This document shows, piece by piece, positions 58,075-64,000 of a stretch of DNA of 64,000 nt. The stretch is from Bdellovibrionota bacterium (GTDB lineage: Bacteria > Bdellovibrionota_C > UBA2361 > OMII01). Position 1 is the first letter of the stretch. Each line of letters begins with the position of its first letter. The notes under the pieces were generated by a model, which searched no databases, had not been told where the DNA came from, and saw only the letters and a list, made by a program, of their open reading frames with translations. The DNA lies in contig JBIKLA010000011.1 of assembly GCA_044360075.1 (NCBI GenBank), forward strand, positions 26,668 to 90,667, given 5' to 3'. The translations under genes were made by a program, and so were the position numbers.

Positions 58075-59180
58075 ACGGCATCTGCGAGGCGCTCCGAGAG
58101 CGCCGGGAGGAGGGTGCGCTTCGAACTCTCGTCAAGCCGGGAACGGGCATCGATCTCTGCTCTAATGACTATCTCGGGATATCGCGGCTGCTCGTGCCAG
58201 AAGCCGGGAGCGGAGCCACAGGCTCAAGGCTCGTAAGCGGCAACAGCGCCGAGCACGAAGCGCTTGAGGCGTTCCTGGCCGAATTTCACCAGGCAGAGGC
58301 CGCGCTTGTGTTCAGTTCTGGCTACGAAGCCAACGTAGGTCTGCTCGGGAGCATCGGTTCCCGCGGCGACACGATCATTTACGATGAGCTCGTGCACGCC
58401 TCCATGCGAGATGGGGTGCGGCTGAGCGCCGCCCGGTCGTTTTCATTCAGGCATAACGACCCCTGCGACCTGCGCAAGAAGATCGCACATGGACGAGGGG
58501 AGGTGTTCGTTGCGGTGGAGTCGATCTACTCCATGGATGGCCACGACGCCCCGCTACGCGAGCTCGTGGAGGTATGCCGGGAGCGCGGCGCTTTCCTCAT
58601 CGTCGACGAGGCGCATGCCACCGGCCTCTATGGCTCTCGGGGCGAGGGGCTCATTCAGTCCCTGAACTTGCAACCGGAAACCTTTGCCCGTATCCACACC
58701 TTCGGCAAAGCGCTGGGTTACCGCGGGGCTACGGTCGTTGGATCCAAGGAGCTGCGCGAGTACCTGATCAACTTCGCACGATCCTTTATTTACTCAACGG
58801 CGTGCGACAGCGCGATGGTGCGCACTATTCGCCGCGCCTACGATATTATGCGCGAGCTCAACCAGGAGCGCGCCGAGCTTTTCGACCGGGTGCAATTCTT
58901 CAAGCAGCTGCGAGAGCACAATCCGGGGCTGGCATTTCTCATCTCCGATTCCCCGATACAGGGTGTCATCATTCCGGGTAACAGCTCAGTTCTCAGGGCG
59001 GAGGAAGAGCTCAAGCGCCATGGCTATTTCGCACGCGGAATTCGCTCGCCGACCGTCCCGTCCGGCCAGGAGCGCATCCGTCTCTGCCTGCACAGCTTCA
59101 ACTCGCGCGAAGAGATAGCAGGCGCCGTTGGGCTGCTGGCCTCGCATGCCCGCCAGGGGGGGCTCTCACATGTCGCATGA
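58056..59180 (+). CDS. bioF: 8-amino-7-oxononanoate synthase-like alpha-oxoamine synthase (BioF family)
   Basis: Block-by-block match to BioF (SNDYLGIS, SGYEAN, ESIYSMDG, VDEAHATG, TFGKALG with the PLP lysine, IRSPTVP). Confidence 0.75.
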   Translation: MKASIPNGICEALRERREEGALRTLVKPGTGIDLCSNDYLGISRLLVPEAGSGATGSRLVSGNSAEHEALEAFLAEFHQAEAALVFSSGYEANVGLLGSIGSRGDTIIYDELVHASMRDGVRLSAARSFSFRHNDPCDLRKKIAHGRGEVFVAVESIYSMDGHDAPLRELVEVCRERGAFLIVDEAHATGLYGSRGEGLIQSLNLQPETFARIHTFGKALGYRGATVVGSKELREYLINFARSFIYSTACDSAMVRTIRRAYDIMRELNQERAELFDRVQFFKQLREHNPGLAFLISDSPIQGVIIPGNSSVLRAEEELKRHGYFARGIRSPTVPSGQERIRLCLHSFNSREEIAGAVGLLASHARQGGLSHVA

Positions 59181-60363
59181 GCCGCTTATCCTGCGCGGGC
59201 TTGCCACGCTCTCGCCACTCGGGGCCTCGGCCGAGGAGTGCGCCCGCTCCGTTCAGTGGCACGTCCCCGTGACTGAGCAGCTTTCAGGTGTTCCCACCTT
59301 TCCGCTTGCGGCGTCAGCCCTCGCCAAGCTACGTGAGGTGCAGCTGGAGCCTCGCTTCGAGGGTCTCGATCGAGCAGCGCTCTTGGCTATCGCCGCGGCC
59401 CGGGAGTCACGGCTCGCATGCGCGGGTCGCGTTCCGGTCCCGGGATGCGTCTCGATCGGCTCCGCCCGCGGCGCCACGCACTCGCTTGAGCGCACGATGA
59501 GGCAGCACCTGCTTGGCGAAGAAGCACTCGCTCCCCACACGTCCCCTCTCACAACCGCCGGCAACATCTCCTCATGGGTGGCACAGGATGGCTTCGGCCG
59601 CAGCACCAACGGTGGTGCAATCGCATCGATCGGCACTTCGATGACCTGCACATCAGCTTTCCACTCGCTCCTCATTGCCCACGCATTTGTGAGGTCCGGC
59701 ATGGCGTCATCAGCGCTCTTCGGCGGAACCGAATCGTGCCTCACCGAGTACACCATCGCGCAGCTCAAGGCCCTCCGCATCTACTCCCGCGGCGGCGCTT
59801 GGCCCTGCACGCCGTGCCTGCGCGCAGAAACGCTCGCCAACTCAGTCACGCTCGGCGAGGGCGCCGGCTGCGCGTTTCTCCTTAAGGCCGACGGAACTTT
59901 CGTGCCAGGTGACATGACACTGCTCGGCCTCGGCTGGTCTCTTGAGAGCACGCCGTCAGCCACGGGCATCTCAGAGGATGGAGAGGGGTTTGCAACAGCA
60001 ATGCGCAACGCCATCTGCGGTCTTCCTCCGGGGCGGCGCGTCGACTGCGTGGTCCTGCACGCACCGGGCACGAGCAAGGGAGACGAAGCAGAGCTGCGAG
60101 CCGTTAGGCGAGTGCTGCCTCATGCCCCGATGTGCACGACAAAACACCTGACCGGTCACACCTACGGCGCGTCGGGCATGGTGAGCCTCGCTTTGGCGCA
60201 GGCACTCTTAGGCGAGTGTGGATGGCCGGGCTTCCCATACCCCTCGCAAGCTGAATCGGTGCCTTTTGAGGCCCCAAGGACGGTGCTTATCAACACGGCC
60301 GGCTTCGGGGGCAACTCTATTGCCGTCATCGTCGGGGCCCCGAATCCGCTGCCCGCAAGGTAA
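59170..60363 (+). CDS. divergent beta-ketoacyl synthase (condensing enzyme; Cys-His-His triad retained)
   Basis: Active-site Cys (SMTCTSAF), His (HAPGTSKGD) and His (KHLTGHTYGASG). About 397 aa. Overlaps the 3' end of bioF. Confidence 0.6.
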   Translation: MSHEPLILRGLATLSPLGASAEECARSVQWHVPVTEQLSGVPTFPLAASALAKLREVQLEPRFEGLDRAALLAIAAARESRLACAGRVPVPGCVSIGSARGATHSLERTMRQHLLGEEALAPHTSPLTTAGNISSWVAQDGFGRSTNGGAIASIGTSMTCTSAFHSLLIAHAFVRSGMASSALFGGTESCLTEYTIAQLKALRIYSRGGAWPCTPCLRAETLANSVTLGEGAGCAFLLKADGTFVPGDMTLLGLGWSLESTPSATGISEDGEGFATAMRNAICGLPPGRRVDCVVLHAPGTSKGDEAELRAVRRVLPHAPMCTTKHLTGHTYGASGMVSLALAQALLGECGWPGFPYPSQAESVPFEAPRTVLINTAGFGGNSIAVIVGAPNPLPAR

Positions 60364-60534
60364 CCCCCTAATGCGCCTAATCTTACGCCCTGGGTGTTGC
60401 CACTGGTTCAGCTCGCGTAGCGGTTGAAACTTCCCCGGTTTTAAGCTACAACCCACGGTTCTGGAACGGGCGCGAAAGGCTAAACTTCCCCGATGGAAGA
60501 TTTTAGGGCGCCGAACAGGTGAGGGAAATACCGT

Positions 60535-60771
60535 ATGGCCAAGGCCGCAAAAGAGACTTTCTTCCTGATTTCATCCGAGGGAACGGGCTACTTCTATACC
60601 AACCGCAAGAACAAGAAGAAGGGCAAGGGCGAGAACAAGCTCAAGGTCCGGAAGTACGATCCGGTCGCCCGCAAGCACGTTCTTTTTGAGGACAAGAAGC
60701 TCTCCAAGCTTAAGAAGAAGTACGCGCCGAGCGCCGCCTCGGGTGACACCGAGCCGTCCAAGAAGAGCTAG
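60535..60771 (+). CDS. rpmG: 50S ribosomal protein L33 with a C-terminal Lys-rich extension
   Basis: MAKAAKETFFLISSEGTGYFYTNRKNKK... matches the L33 core; the extra ~25 aa are basic. Confidence 0.85.
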   Translation: MAKAAKETFFLISSEGTGYFYTNRKNKKKGKGENKLKVRKYDPVARKHVLFEDKKLSKLKKKYAPSAASGDTEPSKKS

Positions 60772-60800
60772 TAGGGCCGCCTAGAGCTTTAGAGGAGCCC

Positions 60801-62690
60801 ATGATTCTTGCCGCGCAGCCCCAACCCGGTTTGGCAAGCGGAACCGACGGCTCTCAATCCCCATCGGCTCCTTCGTCAAGCCAGGCACCCAAGACGGGCC
60901 CGCAACAGTCGGCGCACGCAGCAAGAGCTGTGAGAATTCATCCGGCAATCACGCAGCTTGCCGTAGGTATCGCCCTAATCGCTGCAAGTATTGTGGCCTA
61001 CTGGCTCACAGAATCTGGCCTTGACCAGGAGAGATTCTCTTTCTTGACGCTCTCTCTTGCCGGTCTTTCAGCGGTAGTGGCGCTGTTCGAGTCAACGCAA
61101 ATCTTGCTCAGCCGCGACCGCTTCTCAAACCCGCTCTCACTCTTTCCGGGCGCGGGGGTGGCCCTAATAAGCCTCGCCGCTGTCGCAACGGCGACCATCT
61201 CTCCGGGCCCAGCCAACTGGGCCATGACAACGGGCCCAGCTCTTGCTGCGGGAGTGTTCCTGGTTATCCGAGCATCGATCGTTCGCTACTGCAACACAGA
61301 TAGGAATGGCGGGCACCTCTTCTTCCCAGCCCACTACGTTCCCTCGCAGGTCAAGCTCGGGGATCTCTTTACCCTGCAGCCTGGGATGGTCGCGCCGGTC
61401 GATGCGCGCATCGACAGCGGCAGCTGCGCGCTCCTGGAGCGCTACCTGTCGCCCGAGCCGCACTTTACGGTGAAGGACGAGACCGATATAGTTTTCGCCG
61501 GCTCTGAGGTGGTCGGTGGTCAGGCCCAGCTCACCGCCCTCTCGGGCTACGAGGATTCCTGTCTGCGCAGCCTTGAGCGGCTCGTGGAGCCGAAGCTAGA
61601 GAAGGTCGGCACAAGCCTTCTTCAGGAGGACCTGCGGGCTCGCACGGCCACCGCTTACATCCTGCTCTTCATTTCAGTTGCTTCGGCCATCTTGTGGGAC
61701 GAGCGGGCCGGCAGGGCCTGGGAGGTCCTGAGCGCCGCTGGCCTCGTTCTCTTTTCCTCTGTGGTGTACCAGCTGGGCGACCTTCTCTTTGCGAGGCGCC
61801 GGGAGCTAGGCCGTTCGTGGGCACGTCGTGGGCTTGTCATTACCTCGGAGAGCAGCATTCGGAACCTATGCGCCGTCTCCAAGGTGCTCATCGACCCTAG
61901 CAGGCTTGATGTCGGTTCACTCATAGAAGCTCGCGAGCTTGAGATACTGGATGATCGGGTCGGGCGCGAGGAGCTGTGCGAATGCCTCGCGTCGGTTTTA
62001 GGCCGGGCGGAAGATCCTGCCCTCGCTGCGGCGGGCGATCTGTGCCAACGGGTAGCTGGCGCTATAACACCTGAGCGGGCTCTTTCATTCAAGGAGTACG
62101 GAGGCAGCGGTGCGAGCGGCACCGTAAGGGGAGTGCCCGTTACGATTGGCACGGAGGAGCTTCTCGTTGAGCGCGGAATTCTCATTCATCCCTCCGAGAG
62201 CAGTATTGAGGTGCCAGCCGATGAGCGCGCGCTCTTGGTGGCGATCGGGGGCGAGCTCGTGGCGCGCTTCTGGATTAAGTTTGGCCAAGCGGCTCTCTTT
62301 ACGGGGCAGGATGGGCGGAGCCCGTGGGAGCCCGGAGTTCAGGCAGGCATCTCGCAAGGGACGGTCGGCGAGGTGACGGCATCAACCCTGCTCGTGAGAG
62401 GCCAGGAATCTGACGTCCTAGGCCGGGGAGCTCCCGCCGAAGTTGCTCTCTTCAGCGGCGATCGGTTCGAGCTTCCAAAAGCGGCTGTCGTAGCCCTGGT
62501 TCCGAGGCTGTATGCGCTGCCGTCCCTACTGCGCGAATGCAACGCCCAGGCGAGGCTTATTGAGCGCGGCAGGGTCCTGATTGCGTTCGGAACCTTTGTG
62601 TCGATCTCGGTGGTCTTTCTGGGCTTCTTCTCGCCTCTGGTCGCCTCTCTAGCGGTAGCCCTGGTCGCTGCCGTCCTTTTTCTTCTGTAG
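60801..62690 (+). CDS. P-type-ATPase-like polytopic membrane protein with degenerate catalytic motifs (probable pseudo-enzyme)
   Basis: Actuator-domain-like block (LGDLFTLQPGMVAPVDARIDSGSCALLERYLSPEPHFTVKDETDIVFAGSEVVGG), but DKTGT is replaced by SKVLIDPS and GDGxND by SGDRFE. Hydrophobic segments are at positions typical of P1B ATPases. Confidence 0.5.
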   Translation: MILAAQPQPGLASGTDGSQSPSAPSSSQAPKTGPQQSAHAARAVRIHPAITQLAVGIALIAASIVAYWLTESGLDQERFSFLTLSLAGLSAVVALFESTQILLSRDRFSNPLSLFPGAGVALISLAAVATATISPGPANWAMTTGPALAAGVFLVIRASIVRYCNTDRNGGHLFFPAHYVPSQVKLGDLFTLQPGMVAPVDARIDSGSCALLERYLSPEPHFTVKDETDIVFAGSEVVGGQAQLTALSGYEDSCLRSLERLVEPKLEKVGTSLLQEDLRARTATAYILLFISVASAILWDERAGRAWEVLSAAGLVLFSSVVYQLGDLLFARRRELGRSWARRGLVITSESSIRNLCAVSKVLIDPSRLDVGSLIEARELEILDDRVGREELCECLASVLGRAEDPALAAAGDLCQRVAGAITPERALSFKEYGGSGASGTVRGVPVTIGTEELLVERGILIHPSESSIEVPADERALLVAIGGELVARFWIKFGQAALFTGQDGRSPWEPGVQAGISQGTVGEVTASTLLVRGQESDVLGRGAPAEVALFSGDRFELPKAAVVALVPRLYALPSLLRECNAQARLIERGRVLIAFGTFVSISVVFLGFFSPLVASLAVALVAAVLFLL

Positions 62691-62887
62691 GGTCCTACTC
62701 TAGGGCTCTGCGTAGCCTCCGGCTCCGTGGAATGGTCGGGCGTGGCCGTCAGTGGCTCTTCGTCGAATTATGCCTGCAATCTCACAATCAGACGGGGACA
62801 CACCCCCCTCATGAGAATCGAACCGAGGGCAGTGGCATCCGAATTATGAAGGTCTGATTCAGCTTCGGCGAGAGCCTTCTCGCTAAC

Positions 62888-63280
62888 ATGCTGGAATCTT
62901 TTATTCGGGAGGCGAGAATGACATACGGCGATTGTGAGGTTTTAAAGGGTTCTGATTCCGGTTTCGCCACATCGGTCATCGATGAACTTCTCGACGGTTC
63001 AAAGGGTTACGCAAACGGGCCAGAGAGGGCGCTTCTTTCCGCCCTGCTATTCGATGGGGTGCAAGCATACATTCATTATGCGCTTGCCTCGGCACCGAAG
63101 GAGAAAGCCCGCTATACGGAGGCTTTTCACTGGGTGATGGACACCGGCGTAGAATACGCCTTCTCATTCAACAACGTGTGCGAGGCTCTCGGACTAAACC
63201 CCGATTATCTTCGTTTCGGGTTGGCGAACGCCTCCACCAGCCTCCTTAGTGAGGCGGGCAAGTCCAGGCGAAACTTTTAG
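62888..63280 (+). CDS. hypothetical protein
   Basis: ORF only; probable start at the internal ATG (62918). Confidence 0.35.
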   Translation: MLESFIREARMTYGDCEVLKGSDSGFATSVIDELLDGSKGYANGPERALLSALLFDGVQAYIHYALASAPKEKARYTEAFHWVMDTGVEYAFSFNNVCEALGLNPDYLRFGLANASTSLLSEAGKSRRNF

Positions 63281-63498
63281 GAGTCCTCCTCATCCTGCCG
63301 ATCCGGCTCAGTTGTGGCCGGATCGGCAGCTATTTTGTAGCCCTCGTTAAACCACTTCGACAGGTCCTGCATTCGGCATCGGGCCGAACAGAACGGCCCA
63401 ATACCCTCGGAGCCCGGCTGAAGCGGCGCTCCGCACTGACGGCACGAGAGAGTCCGCGCGTGCTTGCGTTTCGGAGGGGAGTCTTTCTGAGAACTCAT
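63277..63498 (-). CDS. yacG: DNA gyrase inhibitor YacG (zinc-finger protein)
   Basis: CxxC...FCSxRCxxxDLxxW arrangement (CRQCGAPL...FCSARCRMQDLSKWF) and an acidic tail. Confidence 0.7.
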   Translation of the reverse strand: MSSQKDSPPKRKHARTLSCRQCGAPLQPGSEGIGPFCSARCRMQDLSKWFNEGYKIAADPATTEPDRQDEEDS

Positions 63499-63521
63499 GG
63501 AATCAAAGTTGGAACTGCGGT

Positions 63522-63815
63522 TTACTTGGTGCGAATTCTTAGCTCGCGTACGCCCGTGGCGTCTTGGGCAATAAGCTCAAGGTGCTGCAACGAGCCGCCC
63601 TTCTTAAAGTAGCCCTCGTCGTCCTCATTGGCAAATTCGATAAAGAGGATGTCTGACTCGAAATGGTAGGCCTTAACTCGTCGTACGCGGTCGAGAAGCC
63701 CCAACTGAAGCTTTTCATCTAATTCATTGACCAGTCTTTCCCAAAGGACGGGGTTGTTTCCTTTTGCTGATCCGCTGGTCATGGGGCACCCTTCAATATG
63801 CTTAACGCTGCTCAC
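63522..63815 (-). CDS. hypothetical protein (97 aa)
   Basis: ORF with an LWERLVNELDEKLQLGLLDRVRRVKAYHFE segment; no confident assignment. Confidence 0.35.
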   Translation of the reverse strand: MSSVKHIEGCPMTSGSAKGNNPVLWERLVNELDEKLQLGLLDRVRRVKAYHFESDILFIEFANEDDEGYFKKGGSLQHLELIAQDATGVRELRIRTK

Positions 63816-64000
63816 GTGCCGTTAAACCACGACCCGTAGTCAGTTATCATCACCGGCAATAGGTTCATACATCTCGCTCGCGTGGCGACCCGCCGACCAG
63901 CCGGGAAGCCCGGTCGCAGGGAACACGTGTCCGTCTGAGAGGTGAAACAAACACCCTCATATATTGATTATAACTTTTTAGGGAAGTTGCGGAAAAGGAG

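Noticed and set aside
63816-64000. Non-coding 3' edge of the window with a GC hairpin (CCGGGAAGCCCGG), considered as an SRP/4.5S, 6S or RNase P RNA candidate
   Set aside because: It lacks the conserved SRP domain IV (GGAAG...AGCAGC) and RNase P P4 sequences. It is most simply the promoter region of the minus-strand gene ending at 63815, and it is truncated by the window end.

Overview
This 64-kb window comes from a GC-rich genome of a bacterium with an outer membrane (LolCDE, BamA, LptFG and an Omp85 homologue are all present). Most of it is housekeeping sequence: tRNA-Gln, prs, L25/ctc, pth, rpsF, rplI, comEC, mreB, RNase G, rsmG, an IscA-type Fe-S protein, cmk, rpsU, rlmD, tyrS, bioF, rpmG and yacG. 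The most interesting stretch is an accessory block of about 17 kb (11.4–29.1 kb) between rng and rsmG. It encodes an injectisome-type (non-flagellar) type III secretion export-apparatus operon with an unusual make-up. Two FHA-domain genes head the operon (the first is listed as start-corrected 12041–13426, ORF-track frame from 12017), followed by an SctJ lipoprotein, two small ORFs, a double-SpoA SctQ, a lipoprotein and minimised SctR/S/T. The SctU homologue carries only the membrane domain and lacks the autocleaving cytoplasmic domain. A small helical protein and a TPR chaperone close the operon. SctN, SctV, the secretin and the needle are not in the window. A perfect 20-bp palindrome overlaps the first start codon. 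Four uncharacterised or secreted proteins (candidate substrates) lie nearby, together with a divergent pair of FliA-type sigma factors and a small anti-sigma-like protein. Elsewhere there are a cluster of secreted hydrolases (S8 subtilase, M29 aminopeptidase, metzincin, peptidase-MA-like), a 26-aa lysine-rich mini-ORF with a ribosome-binding site and terminator, a catalytically degenerate P-type-ATPase-like membrane protein, and a bioF-like gene that overlaps a divergent ketoacyl synthase. Several ribosomal proteins carry low-complexity tails. No CRISPR array, rRNA or obvious transposase was seen.
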